Source: Convolutriloba macropyga
Taxonomy: Eukaryota
Direction of reading: 5' to 3'
Assembly (NCBI RefSeq): GCF_964194025.1
Contig: NC_134479.1
Span: forward strand, 18,414,001-18,478,000
Length of the DNA stretch: 64,000 nt
Shown here: positions 30,182 through 45,097 of the stretch, in pieces
Layout: the number at the start of each line of letters is the position of its first letter
Position numbering within the stretch: position 1 is the stretch's first letter
Notes under the pieces: generated by a model
The model's input: only the letters and a program-made list of their open reading frames with translations
The model's database searches: none
What the model was told of the DNA's origin: nothing
Translations under genes and position numbers: made by a program

Positions 30182-33100
30182 GATTGGTGACACTAGATGA
30201 ACCAATCAAAATCCAGCAACGCAGTCGCGTAGCTTCATTATTGTATTTGACAACTTCTGCAAAAACTTTTTGGCGGAAACGAGTCTCTATTGTTGCATTA
30301 GATGCTAGTGATTAGTATGAACCACTTTCAATCTTTGACTGTTAATTATAGCATAAATAAGTCTCGAGTAAACAGTTTTACTAAGAGCTGTTCTTAGGAT
30401 CCGTAATCTCACTTAGAGTCAATTTCTTTTGGCGTGGCTGAGTGAAATTAGCCACTTCAAGGACAGCTATCTGAAAGAAAAACGAACAATTGAATAAGAC
30501 AGCGCGCGCAATTCTGTCAAAGGTACAGAGAGTCACAGCCATAGCCTTAGTGGCCATGTTGAATAGGCCCATCATTGTCACACAAAACAACTCTGAAAAT
30601 ATATTATGTTTCCCCCCTGAAAAACTAAACACCAGACGTGCTTGAGATACTATCATTCATTTGTTCGGTACTCAGCAAACAACTTTTATTTCAGAAAGCT
30701 CACCGTAAATGAACTGCTACTCAAATAAAATCTGAATCCTTACAATTAAGCCTTTAAAAGCCATATTAATTATTGAGCATGCACCAAAATTAAACCTACT
30801 TTTGCCTTCCTGTATTTTTTATAGTTCAATAGTTATTGTTAATCGTTTTTGCTCCAAACCCACTTGTGGGGGAGAAACTATATGCTTAACTGGGTTTTTT
30901 GTTCAGTCAATTTTGACCGATCGATATATTTATTGTAGAGAGTTGTGAGGAGTACCACTAAAAACCCGTCAAGCGTAGAGTGTGAACTTAAACGACTTTT
31001 TCTAAAAATTTTTTCGAGGACTTATCGAGGTTTAAAAATTTTGTAAACAACCACTTTTCACACTAATTTTGTTCACATTTTTGGGCAATTTTTCAAAAAA
31101 TCGTTTGTGAATTTTTGCACCACTAAGTCCCCATTTCCAACATTTTTGCGTTTTAGTAACCCTTAAGCTGTAATTAGGCTATACTTTTTTATCTCATCGT
31201 GTTCCTTTTAGAAAAACAGAAGTAGATTTACATCTAGATTTTCCAGATGTAGATTTCCATCTTTTTTGTTTTTATTTTTTGATTTCTGTTTGGCTTCTCT
31301 TCTAGTGACATTCTGGTAAAATATACTCATTTCCACGCAATTGATTTGATGGCGAGGTTTCGTGAACTGGTCATCAGGCGACTCATGGCCTTGTTGAGTT
31401 TGAAACTAAACGTTTTCATCAAAATTTTGTGAAAAGTGTCCATTTTTGTTTTTATGTTGTTCTGTTTTTTCCTCCAAACAGTGAAAGGTTTCATTGAAGT
31501 TTCAACGAGCTTTAAAAAAACCTAATTATTGTTTTCGGCTTAAATATTATGGCACTGATTACTTTGAAAATCTTTAATTTCGTAAAAAAATTTCCGAAAG
31601 ATCTCATTAACTTCAGTAGTGGAAAATATCAAACACTTCAGTTTACAGCTAGTGGCTTCTCTTAGCTGGACACAGTGTTCTGCCCATTTTTGTACATTAT
31701 ATTGCCTCTAAAAATCAATACTGAGAGGTCTCGTTGAAATTCAAACGAGAACGAGGTATGACAAACCTTGAGAATGTCTCTTTTTTAAGGTTTATGGTAC
31801 AGATACTTACTCCTCGCATTACAGTTTGAGATGCATCAAAAGCGGGATAGATGTTGATTTTTGGATCTCAATTTTTCGCTAAACATACGTTTTTACTTGA
31901 TAAATTGTTTTTCTACCTGATAAATGTCATAAGAGTTCATTTCATGTTTGTGGTTTCAGTGTTCGCTTTGCAGGGTAAAATTGAAAAAAAAAATTTGATC
32001 TCACAATTATGAACCCTGTTTTGTGTGTAGACGTGTGTCCTCTTTTAACAAAATACCAAATTTTAAATAATACAATATGGATTAATTCTTTGAAGGCAGC
32101 ATATCTCTGCTTCAATAAACTAATATTTTGGGTATTTAGGTATGACATTACTCTCTTGCCGTGAAATGCTATTAAAAAACTGTGAACCACACTGACCTCA
32201 GACTCAAAAAAGTAAGATGAACTGAAACACAATTTCAAAAATAAATAAATCAAGGCTTTACGTGTTTTCAGTTCCTAAAATGTAACAACCACGTGCCCAC
32301 CAATTTGTACAGTTTTTTTCAAGATGTCTGTACTATAAAAGATAAGGATAAAGTGGTTTTTTGTTCAAAATTATCTCTTCTTTCGGAGTAATAAAAATTT
32401 TCGCTGATTTGACAAAATTAATATTTGATAGCTAATACTGTTGTCAAACTGGATGACTATTATAACCCCAAAAGATCACTGCTAAGACAAAAAAGTAAAA
32501 AACTGCAGAAGTCGCTTACTAGATCATCAATTACAGGAACAAAATGTAATCTTAATGAATTGTGGCACATATTCGAGCATTACAACTCTTTTAATGATCC
32601 AGCAAAACTGATGTCATAACTTTAATAATAAAAAGCAGATTAACGCTAACTTTTGAGGGAATCGAATTATCATCGGGGTCATAAAAATACAAAGGTTTTC
32701 GTTTTCGTACAAAACAACGGAAGAGGAAAAATAAAGAAACCAACCATTTTTCCTTAACGGTTAAAAAACTGCAATCGTAACTTTTTTGTGAACTTTCTGA
32801 GCTGTTATTTTCTGGGGAAAAATTTTTGATTGATTAGTCTCTCGAAAATGCCTTGGTGACACGGAAATCACAACAGAGTTGTCTTTTCCATTTACTCATT
32901 TTTTCGACAAAACTTCATTTTCGTTTGATTACAATCTTCTTTTCCAGAAGCAACGTTTTGTTTTAGGTAAGGCTAGAAATATAGATTAAATGGTTTTTTT
33001 TGTCAGTTCAGGAGTCCTGTGGGTACAAAAAGCTGTACGTTCCAGTCTGTGTTACGGGGGGGGGGGGGGGGGCAGTACGACTACTTTTGCCTGATTGTTG

Positions 33101-34870
33101 TCTTCGCGCGCGGCTAAGGAGAAAACCAAAAACCAGAACGAGTGATTAACATCGAGCTCTCAGACAACCAACAAGCGGTTGGCTTCGGTAGTAGCTAGGT
33201 GGGGCATAAGGATGCTAACATAAGGGGAAGAGTGCGGCGAGTATAGCCGGGTGGGGTCAAGTGTTGAAGGGGCCGAGATCAAGCTATGGGGATGAGGGTA
33301 GGCTTGGCGGGTGGTTATCTCTCATCGATTTTTCTCATCGGATCTCATCCATTCTTGGTTTAGGCAGATTATCAGTTAAAATCTAACTAAGACATCTTTT
33401 TCAGCCATATTATGCTTCTAAAACTTTCTAAACCTCTTTCATAACATCGCGCTCTGTAATGGCCAAAACATTAAATTTAAACGCGTCAAACCAAAAGTCT
33501 AACAAAACTTTCAGCGACTATTGTTGATTAGCAAAAGTTTTATGTGCACTAAGCCAAGGGGAGAGGGCACAATAGATCCAAATCGAGTACTGCCGGAGTT
33601 AGTTCTAACTTTTGTAAGTTTTTGGATGTGACGGCCATTATAGGAGTTAAAACATATCCGAAAGATTTCCAGAAAATAGCCGCCGTTGACGCGCTTGCTG
33701 CAAATCGGAATTGAAACAGAAAAAAAAAGAAGAGATAAATTGACCGAATTTTGTGTTTTTTTTTCAGTGTCAAAAACTGTTCTAATTTGGCGCGCAGTTT
33801 GTTGGATTTTGAAACTAAACTTAATTGAGCTTTGAACTGAAAACTAATAAGCTTATCCCCAATGTCAGCTAGCAAACACTCTAATGAACTTTGGTAATCT
33901 AATTCTCAGTGACTTATGACCGGGCTTTATCGGTTTATCCCGTCTCGTTTGATTGTGATCTTTTGAGTTTGACAGTATTTACCACATTTCCTAATTGAAT
34001 GCGTGAAAGTACTTAAAATCCATTCAGTTGAAACATTGAGTAAATACATTGAGTCAAACGGGAAAATCGCGACTATTGTAAAAACGAAAAATGTCAACAT
34101 GACAAGTCCTGACGTACAATTCAAAGAATTTTGATTGACTAAACAAAAACTAGACCAAGAACGGACTATGAGTGGATTGGCAAAACCATTTCCAAAAAAA
34201 CATCAAAAAATTAAAAAAAAACTGAAAATCAATGTCATAAATGCCGCATGTGAAAAAAACCACTATCGAGAAAGGGTAATTTGGTTCAAATAAAAAAACT
34301 AGGCCTAGAATGAACTGTGAACGCATTGGGAAAACCATTAAGAAAAAATATGATCCAAAAAATTGAAAACACAGTAAAAATCAAAGTGAAAATGCCTCAT
34401 GTGAACGAAAAAACCCACTAGCGAAAAAGCGAATTTTTGTTCAAACACCATTTGTCACTCTACTTTAAAATTAAAGAGAAACAGTTTTACGCCGCGAAAT
34501 CACTCGCTTTTTTGCTCCATTTCCTGTTTCGGCGACACCAAATTGACTACTCCAATTTGAGTTCAAAAATCATGAAAATGTGGGAACAGATCTTTAAAAA
34601 TAGACAGCCCCCAATACAATTCAAATTCTTTGAATTGTTAAAAAAGAGAGCGCATAAAAAATAGCCGCTGAGAGGCTGATGGCGGCTATTGACAAACATC
34701 ATCGTAGGAAAACAAAATACGATTTTACGTAACTTATCACCAGCTTCCAATATAAGCCTATCATAGAACTAGTCCGGCCTACAAACATTATTTTCACAAA
34801 AACTTATGATCAAAGTTTGTTTTTAATAATCTATCAATCAATCATACAACATTCTAAGAAAGTAAATCAA

Positions 34871-37800
34871 TTACTTCATCGCTTCAGCTAATCGGCCTTC
34901 AGCGTCCTTCCAATTGACAATATTAAAAAGAGCATTCACATAGTCAGGTCTCACATTCTTGTACTGCAAATAATAAGCATGTTCCCAAACATCAATTCCA
35001 AGCAGTGGGTGAAGTCCAGTGGTAGCCAAAAGGGGGTCTTGATTAGCACAGGTAGCAATTTCCAGTCGATTCTTATCTTTGTTGAATCCGAGCCAACCCC
35101 AGCCAGAACCCTATCAAAAGCACTTCACCTTACCTCATTATTCTTGATGACTTTTTTGAGGAAAAACTGATTTGACTTACAAATATCGCCCCAATAATTT
35201 GATATATGCCGTAGATAACGGTCCAAAGGGAACTTCTAGGAAAGGCCCGCATAATTTAAAATAAATTTGAGATGTTATGAAACAATTTAAGTGTTAGCTC
35301 CCTATCTTTAAATCAAATTCAGGTTGCTTGCAACTGGGAAAAATGAAGAATTACGTTATACTGACGATACCTGAATGGCAACAGTTTTCGTTGCGAATTC
35401 TTTAGTAAAGACGTCGAAAGATCCAAACTGAGATTTGATCATGTCAGCTAGGGTTCCAGATGGTTCACCTCCCCCATTTGGAGATAAATTCTGCCAGAAG
35501 ATGGAATGGTTCAAATGGCCTCCTCCATTAAACTTCAAACTGCCTTGCAAACTGAAACATTGTGCTTAGCTTCAAATTGGGATAGATGTGATTAAATCAT
35601 TTAATGCACACAGGTACGTGATTTTTGTATCCAATAGAGTACGAGAAAACAATGCATAAAATTATCCAATAATATATTTGCAACAAGGAGCCTCGGTAAC
35701 GTTTGTTCACAAGATGTCTCCGCGCCACAAACCTTTGAAGTTTCCAGAAGAAACTTCTCACTATTCCTATAAAGATCTGTCGGATCAATAGAGCAAAATT
35801 CAATCAATCCACGAATGAATTTAAGCCACTTCTTCTCCATATGGTTGATATCGAAACAACAATTCATTCGAGAAAAAAATTCTAAAAAGATAATATGCAG
35901 GCGAAGTTTTAGAAATAATAAGTTCAGCCCTCATGGCTCTTTCAGTATACTGGGGTTTTTCAACACTCTAATATAATATACGATGCGTTCGGAAAGCATA
36001 AAATGAGTAAAAACATCATATCGGAACTATAGACTCGAATTGATATAATTAAAAAAAGAATACGGTAAAGAAAAATTGAGGACTCAATAACTTTGAGGAT
36101 TAGGATCAATTTGATTATATCGGCTGTTATGAGCTTCATTATAAGAAGGCTATGATGAAGAGAAAAATCAGAAAAAACACGGAAAATTAGCCCTACCTCC
36201 CCAAATCTATCCTAAATACTTCGGTTTGCATTCAATAACCATGCAAAAAAAGCTCATATTGTTTTGCAGAAAAAAAAACTCGGCTCCGGAAAAATTCGAA
36301 GATAAACATCAACCGACTAACAGCGGACGAATTCCTCTCGGACGACAGGCGGCGCAATCTAATTCAGAAGAAGCTGCTGACTAGATAATTTTCATGGGTA
36401 AAAAATTCCGCCTAATGAGGGGTTCGAACCATCGACCTCCGTAGTACTCTAGACAAAAGCATTAACAGCACTCGGCTATCAAGCCCCTGTAATTGATTGT
36501 TTAAGATTTTTTTTGTTTTAGCCACATACTTAATTACGTAATAAGTGCAATTTAGGTCAGACAAAAGTCACGATTAATCACTAAAAATTATTTTAAAGTA
36601 GATTAGTAATGAAACAAGCTAAAATGTAACAACTAATTTCTTGTGGAACAGAAGATAAAATGCTCACGAAAAATTAAAAGAATTTCATATTTTCTGACAC
36701 ATTGGATAATTTCCTCCCTCCAACTAACTCTTACTTTTGTTTAAGGGAGCATCTGGCTAAAAACCTGTTCAAAATAATGTGTTTTAGTTCATCTATAACA
36801 GTCAATGCTCAAGAACTTGAACAAATAAGGAACAACAAACTTAAGGAGCTTCGGATGTCATCAGTTGTAAGTATAGGCATAATAGTCATTGTTTTCTCTT
36901 TAAGCCGATCTCAGTAAGAAAAAATAAACAAACTAAATTGAACGCACTGACGTACAGTGAGCTCACAGAGCAATAGAAAATGAAGTGTTGTTGATTCAAA
37001 TCATTTGGATGTTTTTGTATTCTATTTTAACGGTGATGGGAGAAAAATAAATTAGCAGACTTTTTATTAATTGGAAATTGAAGTAATCAACAAGTAGCCT
37101 GAACAAGGTTTACATACAAAAAAGGCGACAATTCAATGCCCAATTTTTCACCTTGTTGGAGCAATAACGTGTAAAATTATTTATCACATCATTTGATAAG
37201 GTTTTTTTTCACAGAATCATTCAAATTAAAACATTAAAAAACTTTGACAAAATTTTAAAAAATGATAAAATTCCTCAAAGGGCTTTTTGGAAATAATATC
37301 CTCCATATTTTGAAAAAAAACGTCTAATTGTTGACGGTAATATAATAAGGGTAACAATTGAGCGTTAAAACACGAAAAAAATATTTAAAAAAAAACAGAA
37401 ACAAAGCCAGCAGTGAAGGAACACACTGCCAAAATAGATGCCAAGAAAGACATGTGTGCATAGAATTAAAAAGGTGAGACACGGTAGTGGGATTGGGAAG
37501 TTAAGACACGGTGTACTCTCAAAAATTTCAAACAAAAACCTCAAAAACTCCAAAAAGACAAAGACAATAACATAGCTGGCAGATTGCCAGAAAATAGCCG
37601 CAATAGCTTCGTAGATCTTCAATCTCAAAAAGATAGTAAGAGACAAAAATAAATTTTTCATTAAATGGTGAAAAATTATATTTTGATAACGAATCTGTAT
37701 AATTTATAGCTGCTCTTAAATAACCTTCACTTAGAGTGACATACACTCACTTGACCTTATCTCTTTGAATTCAATTCAAAAAAGTCAATTTTAGAGTGAA

Positions 37801-39557
37801 GAAGTCATTTTTGAGAGTGAGGTAAGTCAAGTGTGACCAAAAACTTAATCACTCGAATGAACAAAAAACTCGCTCCACTAAGAGCGAAAAATGACGTCAC
37901 GCACGCACTTCAGTTGAAATTGCATGAACCAATGAACAACAAGCAGATTTGAAGTGGTTGTGATGCCACATGGTCGTAACAAAAATCGCAACGACGAAAA
38001 AAACCAAGAGAAGGCCAATAATAGCCTAAGTTATCGCTGTGCGGCTAATAAAAAAATGTACGTAACCAACTAAGTTTGGGTGAAGTTCTCTCCAACAACC
38101 GGCGAGCAGTTGAGTAGCCAGCAGGGGCTTAGAAATATTAAGATTGAGGTAGGGGGCTCAAACGATGGGGGATGTAGATCCCAGAGGACTGAACTAGAAG
38201 GACAAAACCCAAATAAGATTAAGAACCACCCTTCACAACATGAAGTTCTCTACTCAAAACAGTTTCGGTGAATCGCATACTTAGAGACTAGAAAAGCTAT
38301 AAGAGAGCTGCTTCGCCTGTTAACACTCTCCGAACACTACCTATTTATCCCATTTCCTATTTTTGAGGATGAGAACTTAAAAGGGTCAGACAAAAATTGG
38401 TCCAGCCAAAAATCCTATTAAAAGACCACAGGAGTAATAAAATTGGTACTAACTTCGTTTGAGGAAAATTAATTATATCTTTCTATGCATAAAATAGAAA
38501 CAAAAAAGAACCTTTTTGAGGATACTAGGAAAACTAGTCGACAGGGCGTTCAGCCGACAAGGAAAAGATGAAAAATTTAGCCAACATTTTAATCATTAGT
38601 AAAAAAAACTCATTGGTCTATAAATCAGTAGTTCTGCTGACCACTATCTTTTCTTTGGTGCGCGGTCGGCTGGCAATCCACTCGGCCTCTCCGTGGCCAC
38701 ACCCCCTAGCAACCACGTAGGAGTGCAACCACGGATAGACTTCTGTTACGCTAGTTGATGAAAACTGTGGGGACTGCTCGGAAAGTTACGCTAAATGTCG
38801 GCTAAATTTCTCATTTTTTGGTTTTCATCTAAACGCCCTGTCGGCCAATATGGCGGTCACTCCTTTTGAGCATATCCTTCCGCCACTGTTAATCGGAGCG
38901 TCATGAAATCGAGCACTAAACCTACGTACCCTTAGTTATTAATTTATTTTTCCTCACTCGGACTAAAGGGGTAAAACTCAAAACTTTGAGCCATGGCCAA
39001 TTTTTGTTTCATTACCGAATGTGTGCACAAACTAAAATTAATGCGCGTCATATTCAAAGCTAATGCCTGGTATCAACCTTTCTTTAAACTTACCTTTCTC
39101 AATTCTTACAACAATTACTAAGACACTTGAAAATGGATCGCATGTGTATTCAACAGTGTTCTGTGCTTTTAGTTTCTTGTAATTTTGTTAAAATTTGGTA
39201 TATATAAAACAATGTTTAATTTAAAGCGAAACGATTTAATTATTAATTAATTTATTTCTAATCTTAAAACTACCTAATAATTTTACTCGTTTCTCCCTTT
39301 TCCACTGCTTCAGCCAACTGTTCTTCTGCAAGATTGTAGTTGTTCACGTATGTCTGATGATGCTTGCTATGATGCAATTGCATGATGTCAGCACTAATGT
39401 AGGGTTCCAAGGCATTGTAATCGTATGGCAGGTCGGGGAGTGTACATTTAGTTCTAGATTGAGTAGAACAAACAACTAATGGTGCAGAAGTGATTTGAGA
39501 TCCAGAACATCTTGCAACAGTTGAAAAGATACCGCGAGCTACTTTGGTTGCAAACAT
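34871..39557 (-). CDS. SOD2: Mitochondrial manganese superoxide dismutase, 3 exons (39557-39274, 35551-35371, 35110-34871), 234 aa
   Basis: Transit-peptide-like N-terminus. [46 protein letters not shown] and [15 protein letters not shown] introns, phases 2 and 0, 705 nt in total. Confidence 0.97.
36409..36486 (-). repeat. tRNA-derived (Pol III box A/B) cassette within a repeat
   Basis: Minus strand GGGCTTGATAGCCGAGTG...GGTTCGAACCCC...GGAATTTTT. Poor cloverleaf. Confidence 0.55.
37570..38049 (-). mobile_element. HINE-like family D. Related copies at ~40632, 41441, 54052, 54657 and 60938
   Basis: Left end is a hairpin CTGGCA-GAT-TGCCAG plus AATAGCCGCA. Right end is AATAGCC...TGCGGCTAAT. Confidence 0.5.
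38535..38846. mobile_element. MITE with terminal inverted repeats (second copy at ~44557-44873)
   Basis: Left (T)CGACAGGGCGTTCAG...AATTTAGCCAACATTT versus right AAATGTCGGCTAAATT...CTAAACGCCCTGTCGG. Confidence 0.6.
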
Positions 39558-41839
39558 TACTCAACTGAAATGCAGGGACGAATGCACAACCGACTCCCAG
39601 GGCTAAGGCGAAATATTGACACTTCTGACAGATAATGTGAACAACGGTTTCAGCTTTCACCGATCTGTATATGAGTTAAAATAATTGCTGCTGCCACAAG
39701 ACGTATCGGAAGCGTCTTAAAAGGCATTTATTTAATGCAAATACATTTTAAGATTTCAAGAAATTTACGCAATAAGACCGACTGAGTACCCAGTGAACTG
39801 AAACTTGATACACCCTGATAAGACATGCATGATCTTGACACTTCTTGCGAAACTTGAAACATCTTGCCAAGATCTTGAAATACATTTCATGGTTAATCTT
39901 GATAAGATCTTATCAAGATAGACCAAAAAAATTCTTGACAGCTCTTGACAAAATCTTGATATTGCATACATTTTTTCTGATAGAAAGCGTTAGCAAAAAA
40001 AACAACAAACTAAATTCAGAACAAGGAAGAAGCTTTGTTAAGAAACTGCATTCATCAACTGATATTCACATTTTAATAATAGTTTGATAAATCAGACCTG
40101 CAGAAGAACAAGGCTGTAATGGCGGCACTTATCTATTTAAATCCTTGTCTTCGAATCTTGGTTAGCAAAAAACCACAAAATATTCTGAACGATAAAGGCC
40201 TCAAAACACAGTACTGCGCTAACCATTTTTCCATCATAGTACTGATTGAGCAAGCATGCTCAATAAAATTCTTAGTAGTCGAGTGCGTTGCTCATGAGAA
40301 AATGCCTCTGCACTAAACTTAATCATGAAAAAAAACTTTGCAGGAAACAGTCACTTAATAATTAACTGTCAGATGTAGGTAACAACTTAATGCTTCAAAA
40401 ACCAAGCCTTTGTTCTGAAGCAAAGTCGAAAACATACTGCAGGAAAACAGTCGACATTGATTTTCATAACACCGATTGCGATTGAAGCAACAGAAAAAAA
40501 AGAATTGTACAAAAACATTAAAGTGCAAACTATTTTGATTTCATTGTGTAATCTCCTGTTTCCTAAGAGAAGATACAGAGCTACTATTCATATCAATAAG
40601 CATTAGAGATGGTAACAAAAAATTATAACAACATAGCTGGCAGATTGCCAGAAAATAGCCGCAATAGCTTCGTAGATCTGCAGTCTAAAAAAACAGTAAA
40701 CTTCAGACCAAAATTACTCTTTTCAATAAAAGATGGGATGTTATAATTTGATTAAAAATATGTATAAGTTATTTCTGCCTCTATTAGCTGTCGTCAAATA
40801 ACTCATTTAGAGTGACGCACAATCACTTGACCTTATCTCTTTGAATAAAAATAAAAGTCAAATTAAAAGTGAGGAAGTCATTTTTGAGAATGAGGAAGGT
40901 TGCTTTATGGTGGAAGGTTGCTTTATTTCAGGAAGGTTGCTTTATGGTGTACGTGAAAAACTAATTTGGCGAAAATCAGAACTTTTTTGAAATTTGGTGG
41001 CCTGAAAGAAAAAACCCAAACTACATAACAAACTCATTGCCAACAGCATGGCATACAAATAAGGATCACCAAATATCTATTGTAATCCCGTAAGGTTAAA
41101 AAAAGACGAAAAACACCATAAAAAACGAAAATCAAAAATTCAACAGAGCCTTTCAAAAACAATTATCTAACTCAATAAGTCACTAATATAAGTTAACCAC
41201 CAAAACCGATAAAATAAAAAACTAGGCCGCACTAGAAGCGCAATAAGAACTGCTATTAATTGCACTGAGCAACAAATATCACACAAAAAGTAAATGCTAA
41301 AAAATTTCTTATTTTTAAACAGTAGATACTGAAGTCAAGAACGTCAGGTGTTACTATCTCACAATGGTACACAATATACCGCGGCATCTAAGATGGCCAT
41401 AAATGATAGGTGTATATCATATAATAAGGAACAAAAAAAACGTAGCTGGCAGATTGCCAGAAAATAGCCGCAATAGCTTCGTAGATCTGCAGTCAAAACA
41501 GTAAAGACAGACCAAAAAAATCGTCTTTTCATTGAAGGCTTATACGTTATATTTTGATTCAAAATCTTTATAAGTTTTTGCTGCCTCTATTAGCTGCTCT
41601 CAAATAACTTTCATTTAGAGTGACACACACCTATTTGACCTTATCTCTTTGAATTAAAGTAAATAACATAACCGACTAACGTCGGGCGAATTGCTCTCAA
41701 ACGACCGGCGGGCGGTTGTCAGCACCTGGCCACTGTTTAGTAAGGTTAGCTTTCGCTTGATTGAAGAGGCGTGAGGCTAGGATAATATACGATATTATCA
41801 CGCCACATAACAGCCGCTGAAGTCAACAAAAGAGTTAAG

Positions 41840-41928
41840 GAGAGAGAGAGAGAGTGCGAGGTAAAACGTGAGCGAGAAAAAGAAGGAAAGAAACACCAAC
41901 CAACACACACACACACACACACAGAGAG
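41840..41928. repeat. (GA)n and (AC)n microsatellites
   Basis: AGAGAGAGAGAGAG at ~41841-41853 and (CA)~10 at ~41903-41923. Confidence 0.8.
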
Positions 41929-44900
41929 AAAGAGTTAGAGAGCTAGAAATTTTTTCCATGAGATTCTAGCCTTGTTAGTAACTAAATCATATAAAAAACT
42001 GAAAGTGAAAAACTGAAGAAAACTTTCCACATTTCGCAGTGACGAAAATGTTCAAAGAACATTTTTTGCCTCTGGATTTTTGTCCAGTAACCCATCTGCA
42101 AGACTTAAAAAGCTTCGTTGGCCAGTATTAATCGTTAAACTCAAAAAGGACTCAAAACTGCAAATAAAATGACAAAATTTTAAAAAAAAAATTGAAAAAA
42201 TCATAAGTTTAATTAAAAAAGCGATAAAATTTGTGATATTAAAAAGTTCAAAACTATTCTATCGCCATAAAAATTGTTCAGTAACCTGTTATCAAAGCCT
42301 ATACGAGGTTTCTTGGGGCTGGAAGAACTTAGACAAATTTTGAAAAATTTGAAAAAAAATCAAGTTTTATCCAACAATTGCTAAAAATCGTGATGTTCAA
42401 ATGTTGAAAAACATTCTATTACCGCTAGAAACTATGCAGCAACGTATTATCAAACCCTTCAGGAGGTTGTCTGAACCCTGAGGCTGAAAAATCTTGAAAC
42501 ATACCCGGCAGATTGCCGGAAAATAGCCGCCGTTGATTCCAATAAGCATGATTGGGATTGAACGAATAGAATAATTTAAAAAAAAAGATTTTTGTACAAA
42601 AATTTTGATGGCATTTCGTAGTTGAACATACTTCTGTTTCTTAGAGAGAGGCTACAGGGGCTACTATCAGCACCAATAAGCAGTAGAGGTGGTAACTAAG
42701 ACTTATAGGAACGACGTTCAAATAGCGGGCATCTAAAATTGGGCTTTATGGGTTTATCCCGTTTCTATTTCTGACTTCAATTTTTCATTCTGACTCTGTT
42801 CATTTTGAATTGCTTTGCTGAGCAACTAATGTTCAAATTCACTTTTAGCAGAATGAGAGAAGAGAGAAACTAGCCTAGAGAAGTCAAAAAGATTTCACGC
42901 AAAATGTCGAAAAAGCGGCAAAATGGTAAAGCGAAAAAAAGTTTGACGAAGTAAAAAAAACGAGCGCAATATTAGCCGGCTGAGAAGATGAGGGCGGCTA
43001 TTAATAATGAAAATATATGTCAAAATTTTAAAAATATAGCAATTTTTGTCAAATGTGATGTTTAAATCTTGAAAATGATTCCATTACTTCTAGAAACTAC
43101 ATAGTAACCTATTATTAAACCCTCGAGGAAGTTCCTTGACTCTTGAGGCTGGATAAACCTAAAAAACGACAAAAACTTTCAAAAACATTGAAAAAATTTG
43201 CAAAATTTATCAAAAAAATGCAAAAAAATTTGCAGTGTTGAAATGTTGAAACCATTCTATTACCACTAAAAACTATTCAATGACCTATTATCAAAACCTA
43301 GAGTGGATTCCTTGACACCTAGGGCTGCTAGGGCTGAAAAACTTAAAAAACTGACAAAAATTTTCAAAAATCTTGAAAAAAATTGTGAAAATTTGTATAA
43401 ATTAGCGTTTTTAGCTAGCGGTTGTTCGTCAGTAGCTAGCCACGGGTGGGGGGAGGGTGCACGGCGGTGCCGATGGGGGTGGCGACAGTCGGGTGGGGGG
43501 GGCAACAGGGCGGTGGGGGGGCAATAGTGGGGGGTCAGCAGTGGGGGGGTGGGGGGGGGGTCTTCAACCTCTAAGAACCGCTGTTCACACCATAAGTATA
43601 AGACTCGAAAACTGTTTGAGCTGAAACAGAGCTAAAAGGCTCTAAGAGCACTTAATGCCCGCTGGGCGCTACCTGTTTATCCCTTTTTTTGAGGACGAAA
43701 AGTCAAAAGCGTCAGACGAAAAATTGGTCAAGCGAAAAATCGCATAAAAAAAAGACCGACAGGACTAATATAATTGCTACAAACTTCGTTTGAGAGCAAT
43801 TAAAAAGTCAATTTCAAAGTGGGGAAGTCATTTTTGAGACTGAGGTAAGTCAAGTGTGACCAAAAATTTAATCACGCGAATGAACAAAAAAATTGCTCCA
43901 CTAAGAGCGAAAAATGACGTCACGGACGCACTTCAAATGACATTGCATGAACGAATGAACAAAAAGCAGATTTGAAGTGGTTGTGACGTCACAAGGTCGT
44001 AACAAAAATCCCGACGACGAAAAAAACCAAGAGAAGGCCAATAATAGCCTAAGTTATCGCTGTGCGGCTAATAAAAAAATGTACGTAACCAACTAAGTTT
44101 GGGTGAAGTTCTCTCCAACAACCGGCGAGCAGTTGAGTAGCCAGCAGGGGCTTAGAAATATTAAGATTGAGGTAGGGGGCTCAAACGATGGGGGATGTAG
44201 ATCCCAGAGGACTGAACTAGAAGGACAAAACCCAAATAAGATTAAGAACCACCCTTCACAACATGAAGTTCTCTACTCAAAACAGTTTCGGTGAATCGCA
44301 TACTTAGAGACTAGAAAAGCTATAAGAGAGCTGCTTAGCCTGTTAATACTCTCCGAACACTACCTATTTATCCCATTTCCTATTTTTGAGGATGAGAAGT
44401 TAAGAGGGTCAGACAAAAATTGGTCCAGCCAAAAATCCTATTAAAAGACCACAGGAGTAATAAAATTGGTACTAACTTCGTTTGAGGAAAATTAATTATA
44501 TCTTTCTATGCATAAAATAGAGACAAAAAAGAACCTTTTGAGGATACTAGGAAAACTAGTCGACAGGGCGTTCAGCCGACAAGGAAAAGATGAAAAATTT
44601 AGCCAACATTTTAATCATTAGTAAAAAAAAACTCATTGTTGGTCTATAAATCAGTAGTTCTGCTGACCACTATCTTTTCTTTGGTGCGCGGTCGGCTGGC
44701 AATCCACTCGGCCTCTCCGTGGCCACACCCCCTAGCAACCACGTAGGAGTGCAACCACGGATAGACTTCTGTTACGCTAGTTGATGAAAACTGTGGGGAC
44801 TGCTCGGAAAGTTACGCTAAATGTCGGCTAAATTTCTCATTTTTTGGTTTTCATCTAAACGCCCTGTCGGCCAATATGGCGGTCACTCCTTTTGAGCATA

Positions 44901-45097
44901 TCCTTCCGCCACTGTTAATCGGAGCGTCATGAAATCGAGCACTAAACCTACGTACCCTTAGTTATTAATTTATTTTTCCTCACTCGGACTAAAGGGGTAA
45001 AACTCAAAACTTTGAGCCATGGCCAATTTTTGTTTCATTACCGAATGTGTGCACAAACTTTCGCCTAGATAATTTTTCTTTATGGGTGCAAAAACAT

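Larger units (their letters stand above)
37779..45059. repeat. ~1.25-kb direct duplication: 37779-39032 (SOD2 intron 1) and 43802-45059 (upstream of SOD2)
   Basis: Near-identical composite block of HINE-D right end, family-B-like segment and MITE. It explains the identical 63-aa ORFs at 38080 and 44103. Confidence 0.9.

Noticed and set aside
43480-43560. G-rich tracts (also 33056-33073, 53100-53113, 63098-63114) as a dedicated G-quadruplex system
   Set aside because: Most lie within repeat-family interiors as variable poly-G/C runs, and there is no evidence of function from sequence alone.
38080-44294. Two identical 63-aa ORFs as a duplicated gene
   Set aside because: GTG-start ORFs inside a duplicated repeat block, with no coding features or splice context.
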